Virus record (IMG/VR): IMGVR_UViG_3300012952_000043
Location: 1 to 38,064 of that record
Origin: a virus
Taxonomy: Duplodnaviria; Caudoviricetes
Strand: one strand, 5' to 3'
DNA length: 38,064 bases
Shown: one piece after another, positions 1 to 10,473 of the stretch
Layout: every line of letters begins with the position of its first letter
How positions within the stretch are numbered: position 1 is the first letter of the stretch
Program-made: the position numbers and the translations under genes
The notes under the pieces: model-generated
The model's database searches: none
What the model saw: the letters and a program-made list of their open reading frames with translations, nothing else
What the model was told of the DNA's origin: nothing

Positions 1-2
1 CC

Positions 3-14
3 CAATACTTAGTA
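3..14 (+). promoter_or_regulatory. Putative late-promoter motif CAATACTTAGTA
   Basis: Identical 12-mer at 37714-37725, with related motifs before other structural genes. Confidence 0.5.
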
Positions 15-46
15 AAGAGTGACACAAGTCCAAGGAGAATCTTCTA

Positions 47-3000
47 ATGGCCGAACAGACATTCCGATCACCTGGATTTTTTGAACAGGAAATAGACTTA
101 TCCGCGAGAAAACAATCGCCAACAGGCACCCCTGCAGGAATTATCGGTACTGCACAAAGAGGGCCTGCTTTCGTACCAGTGACTGTAGGATCTTTCGCGG
201 ACTTTGAAACAAAATTTGGTGGTCTTGATCCAGACCGTTTCGGCCCTTACGCCGTCAGGGAATTCCTGAAACACCGTAAGGCCGTTACCTATATGCGCGT
301 CTTGGGTGCAGGATCAAATGAATCAGGTACTGAGATTAGTAATACTCAAACCTTTGGCATTGTAAAGAATGCCGGCTTTGCCATTCAGGCAAACGATGGT
401 GTTGATTCTGGACTAGTAGACGGAGCGGGCCCGCTAGCTAGCATGCCCGGTACTGATGCTTCTGCAGATGACCTTCAAGGTGGTATGCAGTTCTTAGTAG
501 CTAGACACACAGTTCGACCAAGGGAATCAGAGGGATATCCAGTTTTTACTGATAATGACTCTTTTGCAGATTCTGCACTTGGGACTGTAAATTTGGTTCG
601 TGCTAGTATTATGATGGCGTCTGGCTCAAGACTAATAGTTGGCGGCCAGGTATCTCCTGGTGATGTATCTGTTGATAGACTAATGACAGCCGACGAGCTT
701 GAGTTTGGTGATGGTGCTGGATATACCATGACTGATCAGTTAGTTACTCCTAATGATGATGGTATCTTTAAACTAATTATCTCTTCATCTGCCGGCGCTA
801 GCTTTGGCTTAGATGATGGATACCCTGGGCTTAGAATTCTTAGCGCATCGCTAAACCCAACGTCTCCTGCATATATCGGGAAAATCTTAAATACGGATCC
901 TGCTCGTTTCCAAGAGTTTGAACATGTATTATGGTGTGATTATGCAGTTGAAGACGAGTTAGCAATGGCTGGTCTTGAGTTTAGTGAAGACTTAGATGGC
1001 ACCGCTGATGGTACTGATGATTCGACATCAATTGCGATGGTAGACAGTATAGCCTTATTATATGGTAGCCAGGAGCAGACAGACGATTCTGATATCTCTG
1101 ATACACTTGGTACACTACAAAGTGAGTGGTTGCAATTATTCGGTCGATTTGATACCAGGTATAAGACTGCAACTACACCCATGTTTATCTCGCAGCCATA
1201 TGGCGCGACAGAATATGATCTTTTCCGCCTTGAGGCGCTTGATGATGGTGCATATCCAAACACCAGATTTAAGGCATCAATTACAAATCTTCGAGCTAGT
1301 ACAGATCCAAACTATGAATATGGTACATTCGAGGTACAAATTAGGCGCTTTGGTGATACTGACCTAGATAAGCAAGTTATTGAGGCATATCCTGATTGCA
1401 ATCTAGATCCAGACAGTGACAGATACGTTGCTCGTCAAATTGGTGATTATAAGGTAACGTTTGATTTTGATGCCGAAGATGGCGACGAACGTAGGTTAGT
1501 AATCGGTGGTAAGTACCCAAATAGAAGTGCTGTAGCTAGGGTTGTAATGAATCCACAGATTGATGGTCGAGATTCTTGTATTCCAAAAGATATGCTTCCA
1601 TTCGGATTCAAGGGCATTCCAGTTCTAAACGCTAATCCTAACCTAATTGATAATACTGCATCTGGCAGGCTTCAACTTTGGGATGATTCGGGGTCAGCTA
1701 TTACAACTGGTGAGGATGTCTTAAGCTCCTTAGTACCCCCACTTCCTCTTAGGTTCAAGTGTACCAGAGGAAACGTTTCAGCTGGTGTTGATCCGTTAAT
1801 TCCACTTGATCAAGGGTTTGTTGGCGATCTCGGTGCTAATGAAAGAGCTGATTCTAGATTTTACTGGGGTGTTAAGTTTGAACGTTGCCCAAATGCCGGT
1901 GAGTCTGGAGATGCTGCAGCATTAAATACTAATGTTTCGACATCCCCTAACCCACTTGTCAAGGCTTACACAAAATTCCAAGGTATTTCAGAACTAGGTG
2001 CAATTACAAACGCAGCTGATTCTGATACCCTATGTAACAACCGCTTTTCACTAGCTAGGGTTGCACTACCTGATGTACATGATCAGGCTTCTGTTCTAGA
2101 AAGTATTAATACTAACGTTATTGATCCAGCAAGCATCCATATGCGCTCTGCCGCTTATATGAGAAATGCCGCGATTGATGAGTCAGATTATACAATTGAA
2201 GACAGTCTCCTCAGCGGGGAGCAGTCACGCCTTACGTTAGCTTCACTGCTTCATAACAACAAGATTACGTTTAATCGATTTAGCGACTGGGCAAAGTTCT
2301 CTACCGTCTTTTATGGTGGATTCGATGGCCTTAATATATTAGATCCTGATGTTGCATTAATGAATGATCGTGCTAGTTCCACCGATACCGGTGAGACAGA
2401 CTCGGGTAACGTTATAGAGGGTAAGGCCACTGAAGGGTGGACAGACGATGGTTTGGTTCACTTTGGTGATGCTCCGGCTGATGCCGACGGCACTGTTGGT
2501 TCAACCGGCGGTGATGGAGAGGTTACAAACACGAATGGCTCTGGTAAGAGAAATAATGTTGTTGCATCTTATCGAGCTGCCGTTGAAATGATGACTGATA
2601 CCATGACAGTAAATACAAATATCCTTTGTATCCCTGGTATCCGCGATCAGTTTGTTGCTGACTTGGCCGCTGAAAGAACAAGGCAGTACTCTAAAGCAAT
2701 TTACTTAATGGACATTCCTTATTATGATGAAAATCAAGGTCGAATCTTCTTAGGTGAACCGACACAGGACACTAAGAAGGCAGATGTTCAGTATACAGCT
2801 GAAACATTTGAGGGCCGCGCATTTGACAACAATTACTGCGCATCATATTTCCCGGATGTCTGGATTGATGATCCAATTAACAATCTTAAAGTTAGAGTTC
2901 CAGCATCTATTGCTGCGCTGGCTTCCTTGGCATTCAATGACAAGGTTGCATATCCCTGGTTTGCACCAGCTGGTTTCAACCGAGGCGCATTAGAGATGGT

Positions 3001-3454
3001 CTCTAACGTAACAACAAGACTAACGGCTGGCGACCGAGACACACTATATGATTCTAGAATTAATCCTATAGCTGTATTCCCAAATGCTGGATTCGTTATC
3101 TTCGGACAAAAGACGCTGCAGATGCAAAAATCTGCACTTGATAGAGTTAACGTACGCCGAATGCTTCTTGAGGTCAAGAGACTAGTCGTAAGCGTTGCTA
3201 ACAATATTCTGTTTGAGCCAAACACACCGCAGACAAGAGCTCGGTTTGTTGGTGCCGTTACTCCACTTCTGGCACTAGTTCAGGCGCAGGCAGGTATTGA
3301 GTCATTCCAAGTTGTCATGGACGACACTAATAACACCATCGAGGATTACGAGAGTAACAGGCTTAATGGTAGGATTGTCGTTGTACCGACTCGAGCAATT
3401 GAGTTTATCGCAATCGACTTTATTATCACTAGAAGCGGAGTAATGTTCGAGTAA
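47..3454 (+). CDS. Contractile tail sheath protein (paralog 1), 1135 aa
   Basis: N-terminus TFRSPGFFEQEIDLS...GIIGTAQRGPAFVPV. C-terminal sheath motifs PWFAPAGFNRG, LYDSRINPI, IFGQKTL, LDRVNVRR, FEPN and PTRAIEFIAIDF. AGGAG SD upstream. Confidence 0.95.
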   Translation: MAEQTFRSPGFFEQEIDLSARKQSPTGTPAGIIGTAQRGPAFVPVTVGSFADFETKFGGLDPDRFGPYAVREFLKHRKAVTYMRVLGAGSNESGTEISNTQTFGIVKNAGFAIQANDGVDSGLVDGAGPLASMPGTDASADDLQGGMQFLVARHTVRPRESEGYPVFTDNDSFADSALGTVNLVRASIMMASGSRLIVGGQVSPGDVSVDRLMTADELEFGDGAGYTMTDQLVTPNDDGIFKLIISSSAGASFGLDDGYPGLRILSASLNPTSPAYIGKILNTDPARFQEFEHVLWCDYAVEDELAMAGLEFSEDLDGTADGTDDSTSIAMVDSIALLYGSQEQTDDSDISDTLGTLQSEWLQLFGRFDTRYKTATTPMFISQPYGATEYDLFRLEALDDGAYPNTRFKASITNLRASTDPNYEYGTFEVQIRRFGDTDLDKQVIEAYPDCNLDPDSDRYVARQIGDYKVTFDFDAEDGDERRLVIGGKYPNRSAVARVVMNPQIDGRDSCIPKDMLPFGFKGIPVLNANPNLIDNTASGRLQLWDDSGSAITTGEDVLSSLVPPLPLRFKCTRGNVSAGVDPLIPLDQGFVGDLGANERADSRFYWGVKFERCPNAGESGDAAALNTNVSTSPNPLVKAYTKFQGISELGAITNAADSDTLCNNRFSLARVALPDVHDQASVLESINTNVIDPASIHMRSAAYMRNAAIDESDYTIEDSLLSGEQSRLTLASLLHNNKITFNRFSDWAKFSTVFYGGFDGLNILDPDVALMNDRASSTDTGETDSGNVIEGKATEGWTDDGLVHFGDAPADADGTVGSTGGDGEVTNTNGSGKRNNVVASYRAAVEMMTDTMTVNTNILCIPGIRDQFVADLAAERTRQYSKAIYLMDIPYYDENQGRIFLGEPTQDTKKADVQYTAETFEGRAFDNNYCASYFPDVWIDDPINNLKVRVPASIAALASLAFNDKVAYPWFAPAGFNRGALEMVSNVTTRLTAGDRDTLYDSRINPIAVFPNAGFVIFGQKTLQMQKSALDRVNVRRMLLEVKRLVVSVANNILFEPNTPQTRARFVGAVTPLLALVQAQAGIESFQVVMDDTNNTIEDYESNRLNGRIVVVPTRAIEFIAIDFIITRSGVMFE

Positions 3455-3502
3455 TGAATACCTATAATAGACAAGTTTTTGAACAGGTAGGAGCAAAACA
3501 CA

Positions 3503-6500
3503 ATGGCTGAACTTACATTTAAGAGTGCTGGGGTAAGTACCAGAGAAATAGACTTAAGCGGACCTACGGCTATTAAGCCACAAGGGGTTCCGGCAGGGGT
3601 CATTGGTACCGCCCAAAAGGGACCAGCATTTGTCCCTGTTACTGTTGCCACATGGAAAGATTTTGTGGCGGAATTCGGAGGTACCGATGGAAAGAAGTTC
3701 GGTCCTCTTGCAATGAATGAGTGGATGAAAAACGCGCGCGCAGGAACCTTTATTAGGGTCCTCGGTGTAGGTGATGCCGCCAAGAGAGATTCTGACACTG
3801 GTCAGGTTTCAAATGCTGGCTTCGTCGTAGGCGCCGAACTTCCACAGAACACCGACGTACATGATGGTGGTCAATTAGGGCTCAACCCATATGCTAATGA
3901 GAGTGGCGATGCCCAGAGCCAAGCAGGTAGAACGTATTTCCTCGGTGCTATGATGAGAGAATCATATGCCATGGATGGTGAGTCTGCTGCTTCTGCTCGT
4001 GTATCCATCACTACCCCACTTGATCCAACTCAATTAGCAACATCCGATACCAGAGGAGAGGCACTACAGTTTGTTGATGCCGCTGGTGATACTGCAACAG
4101 TATGGGTCCATGAAGGTGCAGACAACACATCATCCGCTGGTGAGCCTCTTGGGGCTGCCGATCTATTGCCTCTTGAAAATGGAAAGAATCGTTTTGTTTC
4201 CGCTGGAGCAAGAGGTACCCTTGTAATCAGTGTTGATGAAGAAGTTGCCGCTGACTTACACAATAAGATGATAGAACTTACCGATGTCGCAGGTAATAAA
4301 TTTATTGGAACGTTTGATGATACAGTATTAACAGCTGCGACGGACTGGGATACCGGTATTGCTGGCCAATCGATAATTGGAATATCAGATGCGGGCAATA
4401 AGGAGGCGATTGCAACATCACTCAGTACCGCAATTGGTCTTTGCATTGCCGCTGGTGGTATTGACTTCACAGCAAGCATAACTGATAATAACATTACACT
4501 TCAAACAACGGTATTCGGTAATCCAGCTGATGAGCCTGACGGCGGCGCATTTTTAGGTGGCCATCTTTCAACTGAGAATACTTCTGAGGACCCCACAGAC
4601 CGAACAGACTTAGATACATGGGGTGGTGATAATCCTACTGCTGCAGAATTGGTTGACAGAATTGTTGCCGTTTCCTCAGCTTTTGATGCTGCACTTACAT
4701 TCTCAAGGGATGGAGACACATTAGTCGTAACACAGGATACTGCTGGTCTTTCCGGAAACTTTGGTGTTGGAACAGCAACTATCAGTCACGACGGCGAACA
4801 TGCTGTCCACACTTTAACGGTTAATACAACCGGCTCTGGTATTCCTGATGCCGATGCATTTCAAATCGTTGATGTTGCCGGAAACACGTTAGACATTACA
4901 TTTGTAGATTCTGGTGATGCTGATGCAGCTTCAAATGAAGTTAGTGTTGGTGCTGCCGAAGCAGCAACAGCAACATTTACGCAGCAAGGCGTAGATCCTA
5001 GAAATATTGCTGGTGATGTGATTGAGCTTATTGATAATAGTGGTACACCAGTTACACTTACTATTTCATATCTAAATGCAGGCGATGCCGGAGATCATAT
5101 TACATTAACTGATGATACTGGTGCAGATTTTTCTATGGCAGTTACAGTTGACTGCCAACATGCAGATCATGCAACATCCGATGCAGTAACAACATTAGCA
5201 GCAGCGATTAATATTGCAAGAGACGCTCCGGACGGTGTTGCCGCCGACGCTGGGTTTAGGATGGAAGCAGTCGTTGCTGGCAATGATGTAGTATTAACAC
5301 AAGAAGATGCCGGCGCTGCTGGAAATAGTACTATTACCTTGACCGGCCCAACTGATGCAGATGACTGGCTAACCCTCCCTTCCGATTTCACGGGTGGACG
5401 TGATGAGCCGGGACTTGATGACATTGCTGGAGATATTGAGGCACTCATTATTGCATCAACCTTAGAAGTTGCCGTTGAGAGAGATGTTGCACTAATAACA
5501 TTAACCCAACAAGAGGGTGGTGAACACCTCTTAGCAACATGTTTCGTCGACGGAACAGGTACTCCAATTGGTGACACCGTTCTCTTAACCAGTGAAACTG
5601 ATGCTGGAACCGATTTTGAGGAGTTCGATGACGCTGAACCAGCCACATCAGGTGGCACCCCAGTTGCAGGACTTACGGATTCTATCCTAAACTTCTCCGG
5701 TGGTGCTGACGATGTCGAGGGTGATGTTGCACATACCCATTGGTTAGATGCTGGACTAGATACTTCTTCTGCTGGATTAGATCGCTCGGTACCTATTATT
5801 CGAGCTGTACTAATGACCCCGCAAGGTGTCCACCCGACGCTAGCATGTCATAACGATGATAGGATTGCATCAGTAGCAGCCAATTCAGAGGCAACCCTAA
5901 CCCTTACCGGTACTACATTAGCTGATGGCGATACTTTAACAATTACAGACTCCGCTGGCGATTCTGCGGTAATTACCGTTGCAGCCGCAGGTGGTGGAGG
6001 TGCCCTCACTCTTGACAACGGGGACGGAACATTTACCCTAGATACGGATCAAGGGTCCTGGGCCGCCGGCGATGCTAACGGGATGTTAGGCGACGCGATT
6101 ACAACGGCCGCAATTGGAATTACCTCTGCGGACGATGGCGATGATCTTACGCTTACCCATACTTTGATAGGCGCGATCGGCGACTCCGCAACAGTAACCG
6201 GATCATTCACCGACTCGGGTATCGATCTCGGTGAATTCGAGGGCGGTGCTGATGCCTCCGCTGATGCGCATAGAGCTGCTGTGGTGAAAGGTGAAGAAAC
6301 CAGCAATGGTAGTCAGGTCGGCTTGGTACAAATTGCAGGCACACAAGAAAGATTCACACTTCTTCTTAATGGTCACATTGATTCTTCGGAGTTTCCATCC
6401 GAACTAACATGTAGCTTTGACCCACAGGCGCCAGATTATTTTATGAATATATTAAATCATGATGCAGCCTGTATGGAAAAAGCTGGTCATTATGTTTATG

Positions 6501-8887
6501 CACATTATAATGTAACACAAGACATTGCAACCGTCAGTGGACATGGCAATGATGATGACTCCGGTGATCCTGAGCACATATCCGCTCCAACAACTGCATC
6601 TGCATTCTTGGTTCATGGTAGGACTAGCGACCTTACAGGCGCTGGCGTTGAACCTTGTTACGAAGATTTCCAGGATAGGTTCCGAACTGCAAAATCACCC
6701 TGGGTAATTTCCCAGGTATATGGCGCCAAGCCTAAGAATCTTTTCAGAATTCATGCCCTTGATGATGGTACTGCTGGATCTGGCAAGTTTAAGATTAGTA
6801 TTGCTAATATCTTAATGGGCTCAGCAGGTGGACATGGTACATTTGATCTCCATGTTAGAGATATTACTGACGATGATATTGCACCAAGGGTATACGAGAA
6901 ATTCCTTGGTCTGGATCTGAACCCACAATCTGACAGGTACATCGCCCGAGTAATTGGTGATCAGTACATGTATTATGATTTTGATAAACGTCCAGGATCT
7001 CAGAAGCTAGTTGTTGATGGAATACATCCTGCCCGCTCAAAATATATTCGAGTGGAAATGGATCCACGAGTTGATTCAGGGGGTGTACCAAACGATGCAC
7101 TTCCAATGGGCTACCGTGGATATCATCACTTAAATACTGATGCTAATGGATTCGATGGAGCTGGTCTTAGGTTCTTACAGGATGGCTTACAACACTGTGC
7201 CTCCCTAGGGAGCCCTGCAGCAGATGCAGGCTCTGTGCTAAATGATGCCGTTGAACCTCCGGTTCCGGTTCGTACTTCAATCGCTTCTGGTACCGGGCCA
7301 AAGAAACGTGCTATGGCACAATTACACTGGGGGACACATTTCCAGGTTATTGATGACATCGACGAGCCCAATAAGAATACTAAGTTTAATGATTCTGTAT
7401 TGTCATACGGCAAGTATTATCCGACGCTTAGAGCCAATTCAACTAGCTCTCAACCAGATGTCTCCGTCGGGGATAACTGGGGAGCACAAGGAATAGCTGA
7501 AGCGACTGATGGTGCAGAGGATTGGACGTCTGTACAGGACGCTGATGTCTTTAATAACAACATGTTCTCACTAGAAAGAATTCAGATTATCAGTAAGCAA
7601 CCGAGTGCGGTTAGCTCTAAAAATCCGAATGTTAAAGGTAAGGCTGATCACAAACAGTGGGCCGCAGCAACATATAGAAGGAATGGTGTACTAGATGGAA
7701 GCATAACAACACTGGAAGGATTAAACGTTTTCCAGGATGGTGATGCTACTACAGGAAATCCCCATGCTGATGTTACCGCAGATGGCTCAAACAATATTGC
7801 AGCAGCCACTTCATTTTCTAGATTCTTAGATCCTCAAACGGATATGGTAGAGTCTTCTACCAGAAGATACGCCAAGTTTTCATTCTTCTTACAGGGTGGT
7901 TTCGATGGTGCCAATATCTTTAATAAGGAAAAGAGAAATCTTACAAACAGAGCTGCTGTTTGGGAGATGGATGATGCCGACCAGGGTGGGGTTGATGGTT
8001 GTACCGTCGCTTCCTTCAGGAAGGCAATTGATGTTATGGCTGAAAAGGCTGATGTTGATATTAAGTTATTAACCATCCCTGGAATGAGAGATGAAGCTGT
8101 AACAGATTATGCTATCGACGCTGTCGAAGATAGATTCGATGCAATGTACATTATGGATATTGAAGAAAAATCAGTTCAAAATGAATTAATGATTGATTAC
8201 TCTTCACAAAAGCCAAGTGTTAATTTAACGGTTGAGGATTTAGCAGGTAGAAACATTGATTCTTCCTTCGCCGCGGCTTATTTCCCTGATGTTGTAATTA
8301 CGGATCCTGCGCTGGGTATTAATGTACAATGCCCACCATCGGTTGCTGTTCTTGGTGCATTCTCATTGAATGACTCAGTTGCACATCCATGGTTTGCTCC
8401 GGCCGGTTTCTCGCGAGGGGCTCTTAAGTCTGTTGTAGAGACCCAGGTTAAGCTTAGCCGTAAGAACCTTGATACCTTATATGAGTCTGATGTCAATCCT
8501 CTGGCTGCCTTCCCACACACTCCTGGAGTTGTTGTATGGGGTCAGAAGACATTACAGCAGGCCCAATCTGCTTTAGACAGAGTTAATGTTAGGCGTCTTC
8601 TTATCGAAGTTCGTCGTGAAGTTCGTAGAGTTGGAAATAACCTACTGTTTGAGCCCAACAGGGAAGAAACATTAGGTAGGTTCTCCGCAGCTGTGAATCC
8701 GATTCTTCAAAGAATCCAGCAGCAGCAAGGACTTGATAAGTTTAAAGTTGTAATTGACACTACTACTACCACGCAGGCGGATATTGAAAACAATACCGTT
8801 AGAGGTAAGATTTTCCTCCAGCCCACCAGGACTGTTGAATTCATATCTCTCGACTTTGTGGTTACAAACGCCGGTATGGAAGTATAA
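3503..8887 (+). CDS. Contractile tail sheath protein (paralog 2) with large acidic insertion modules, 1794 aa
   Basis: Same terminal sheath motifs as paralog 1 (TFKSAGVSTREIDLS, GTAQKGPAFVP, PWFAPAGFSRG, WGQKTL, DRVNVRR, FEPN, PTRTVEFISLDF). About 700 aa of extra D/T/A/G-rich sequence. AGGAG SD. Confidence 0.95.
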   Translation: MAELTFKSAGVSTREIDLSGPTAIKPQGVPAGVIGTAQKGPAFVPVTVATWKDFVAEFGGTDGKKFGPLAMNEWMKNARAGTFIRVLGVGDAAKRDSDTGQVSNAGFVVGAELPQNTDVHDGGQLGLNPYANESGDAQSQAGRTYFLGAMMRESYAMDGESAASARVSITTPLDPTQLATSDTRGEALQFVDAAGDTATVWVHEGADNTSSAGEPLGAADLLPLENGKNRFVSAGARGTLVISVDEEVAADLHNKMIELTDVAGNKFIGTFDDTVLTAATDWDTGIAGQSIIGISDAGNKEAIATSLSTAIGLCIAAGGIDFTASITDNNITLQTTVFGNPADEPDGGAFLGGHLSTENTSEDPTDRTDLDTWGGDNPTAAELVDRIVAVSSAFDAALTFSRDGDTLVVTQDTAGLSGNFGVGTATISHDGEHAVHTLTVNTTGSGIPDADAFQIVDVAGNTLDITFVDSGDADAASNEVSVGAAEAATATFTQQGVDPRNIAGDVIELIDNSGTPVTLTISYLNAGDAGDHITLTDDTGADFSMAVTVDCQHADHATSDAVTTLAAAINIARDAPDGVAADAGFRMEAVVAGNDVVLTQEDAGAAGNSTITLTGPTDADDWLTLPSDFTGGRDEPGLDDIAGDIEALIIASTLEVAVERDVALITLTQQEGGEHLLATCFVDGTGTPIGDTVLLTSETDAGTDFEEFDDAEPATSGGTPVAGLTDSILNFSGGADDVEGDVAHTHWLDAGLDTSSAGLDRSVPIIRAVLMTPQGVHPTLACHNDDRIASVAANSEATLTLTGTTLADGDTLTITDSAGDSAVITVAAAGGGGALTLDNGDGTFTLDTDQGSWAAGDANGMLGDAITTAAIGITSADDGDDLTLTHTLIGAIGDSATVTGSFTDSGIDLGEFEGGADASADAHRAAVVKGEETSNGSQVGLVQIAGTQERFTLLLNGHIDSSEFPSELTCSFDPQAPDYFMNILNHDAACMEKAGHYVYAHYNVTQDIATVSGHGNDDDSGDPEHISAPTTASAFLVHGRTSDLTGAGVEPCYEDFQDRFRTAKSPWVISQVYGAKPKNLFRIHALDDGTAGSGKFKISIANILMGSAGGHGTFDLHVRDITDDDIAPRVYEKFLGLDLNPQSDRYIARVIGDQYMYYDFDKRPGSQKLVVDGIHPARSKYIRVEMDPRVDSGGVPNDALPMGYRGYHHLNTDANGFDGAGLRFLQDGLQHCASLGSPAADAGSVLNDAVEPPVPVRTSIASGTGPKKRAMAQLHWGTHFQVIDDIDEPNKNTKFNDSVLSYGKYYPTLRANSTSSQPDVSVGDNWGAQGIAEATDGAEDWTSVQDADVFNNNMFSLERIQIISKQPSAVSSKNPNVKGKADHKQWAAATYRRNGVLDGSITTLEGLNVFQDGDATTGNPHADVTADGSNNIAAATSFSRFLDPQTDMVESSTRRYAKFSFFLQGGFDGANIFNKEKRNLTNRAAVWEMDDADQGGVDGCTVASFRKAIDVMAEKADVDIKLLTIPGMRDEAVTDYAIDAVEDRFDAMYIMDIEEKSVQNELMIDYSSQKPSVNLTVEDLAGRNIDSSFAAAYFPDVVITDPALGINVQCPPSVAVLGAFSLNDSVAHPWFAPAGFSRGALKSVVETQVKLSRKNLDTLYESDVNPLAAFPHTPGVVVWGQKTLQQAQSALDRVNVRRLLIEVRREVRRVGNNLLFEPNREETLGRFSAAVNPILQRIQQQQGLDKFKVVIDTTTTTQADIENNTVRGKIFLQPTRTVEFISLDFVVTNAGMEV

Positions 8888-8901
8888 TTCTGTAGCAGCA
8901 G

Positions 8902-8910
8902 AATATTTAG
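8902..8910 (+). promoter_or_regulatory. Putative late-promoter motif AATATTTAG upstream of the tube gene
   Basis: Matches the TA(C/T/A)TTA consensus at a similar distance from the start codon as the copy before sheath 1. Confidence 0.45.
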
Positions 8911-8941
8911 AATAGAATCTTTTTGATAGGAGTTAAAAGAC

Positions 8942-9430
8942 ATGGCTGAGACACTTTCCGTCACTGATATGCTACCCAATAAGTTTGAGCCGAAAAGAAA
9001 ATTTCGGTGGGTCTTTGCGGTTGAGGGTATTGATGCATTTTTAATGAAAACTGCAAACCGCCCCACAATCAATACTGCTGAGCAGGAGGTCTCATATATG
9101 AACTCCACGCGATACCTTGCAGGTAAGACCAAGTTTGATGCAATTAGTTGCACCTTACACGATCCAATCGCCCCTTCTGGAGCGCAACAGGTTATGGAAT
9201 GGGTTCGTACCCACTTTGAATCTGTATCGGGTCGTGCTGGTTATGCTGATTTCTACAAGCGTGATTGTCAGCTCAAGCTTCTTGATCCAGTTGGAACAGT
9301 GGTAGAGCTTTGGGACCTCAAGGGTTGCTTCCTTACATCCGCGTCATTCGGTGACCTGGATTATGGTGGTGAAGATCCAACTGAGATTTCATTGACTATC
9401 CGCTTTGATAACTGCGTATTACAATACTAA
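8942..9430 (+). CDS. Tail tube protein (T4 gp19-like), 162 aa
   Basis: Directly follows the sheaths and has a typical size. Motifs FEPKRKFRW, LLDPVGTVVELWDLKGCF and FGDLDY...ISLTIRFD fit the gp19-type tube fold. Confidence 0.9.
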   Translation: MAETLSVTDMLPNKFEPKRKFRWVFAVEGIDAFLMKTANRPTINTAEQEVSYMNSTRYLAGKTKFDAISCTLHDPIAPSGAQQVMEWVRTHFESVSGRAGYADFYKRDCQLKLLDPVGTVVELWDLKGCFLTSASFGDLDYGGEDPTEISLTIRFDNCVLQY

Positions 9431-9460
9431 TACTGGTTGCATAAGACAAAATTTCGAATC

Positions 9461-9494
9461 AAAAGCCCACCATCGGTGGGCTTTTGTCATTTTT
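9461..9494 (+). terminator. Rho-independent terminator after the tube gene
   Basis: Perfect inverted repeat AAAAGCCCACC-ATC-GGTGGGCTTTT (9461-9485) followed by a T-rich tail. Confidence 0.9.
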
Positions 9495-9603
9495 AGTGCC
9501 TCCATTATAATTTTGTTTTACAGAATTTTCCTTCTGGTGGATACTTAAAGCATAGCAATGATATATGAAAATAGCATAATGCTATATCAAATGGAGATGA
9601 AAC

Positions 9604-10473
9604 GTGGCTGACGATAAGAAAACAAGATCAGAGAAAAATGAGATCTTTCAAGGGGATAACCCTAGTGCTAGACACCCAGGTATGCCAACTCGAAATGTAA
9701 TGAAGGATGATTTCGGGTTTGAGATTCCTGTTGAGTCTGTGCCTCTTCCTTCGAGGGGTATTACATACGAAGAAAATGACCCTCTTTACAATACTGAGAC
9801 AATTGATATTCGTGCAATGACTGCAAAGGAAGAAGACATTTTGACTTCTAAGGCTTTGATTAAGAAGGGTACGGTTATTACTCATCTTCTTAAGTCTTGC
9901 CTGGTTGATAAGTCAATTCAGCCTGACCTAATGTTGGCAGGTGATAGAAATGCAATTATGACTGCACTTAGAATTACGGGCTACGGCGCTGATTATAACG
10001 TTGAGGTTGACTGTCCTGCTTGCGGCGAGAGGTCAAAGCAAACATTTAATTTGACAGAGCTACCAATTAAGCGCTTAGATCTCCAGCCAGTAGCAGAAGG
10101 CGTCAATCTATTTGAGTTTCAACTTCCAGTTTCAAAAAAGAATGTTAGATTTAAGTTTCTTACCGGTCGTGATGAGCAAGAGATTATGATAACAATGGAG
10201 CGAAAGAAGAAGTCTGGTTTGGCTGGTGAAAATCTAGTAACCACACGACTTCAGCACGCCATTGTCGCGATCGAAGGAATCACTGATAGAACAAAGATCG
10301 GAATGTTTATTAGGAATATGCCAGCTCGTGACTCACTAGAGCTAAGGCGTCATATTGATAAGGCTGAGCCAGGTATTGATATGAAGGCTTGGATGGATTG
10401 TCCAGCGTGTCTTGAGTCATCGGAGGTGCGTCTACCGATGGGCGCCTCGTTTTTTTGGCCTGACACCGAATGA
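9604..10473 (+). CDS. Tail/baseplate-hub assembly chaperone (T4 gp26-like, two CxxC motifs), 289 aa
   Basis: GTG start after GGAG. Motifs VPLPSRG, MTAKEEDIL, GDRNAIM..LRI.GYG, CPAC twice, and C-terminal FFWPD. Lies between the tube and tape-measure genes. Confidence 0.75.
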   Translation: MADDKKTRSEKNEIFQGDNPSARHPGMPTRNVMKDDFGFEIPVESVPLPSRGITYEENDPLYNTETIDIRAMTAKEEDILTSKALIKKGTVITHLLKSCLVDKSIQPDLMLAGDRNAIMTALRITGYGADYNVEVDCPACGERSKQTFNLTELPIKRLDLQPVAEGVNLFEFQLPVSKKNVRFKFLTGRDEQEIMITMERKKKSGLAGENLVTTRLQHAIVAIEGITDRTKIGMFIRNMPARDSLELRRHIDKAEPGIDMKAWMDCPACLESSEVRLPMGASFFWPDTE

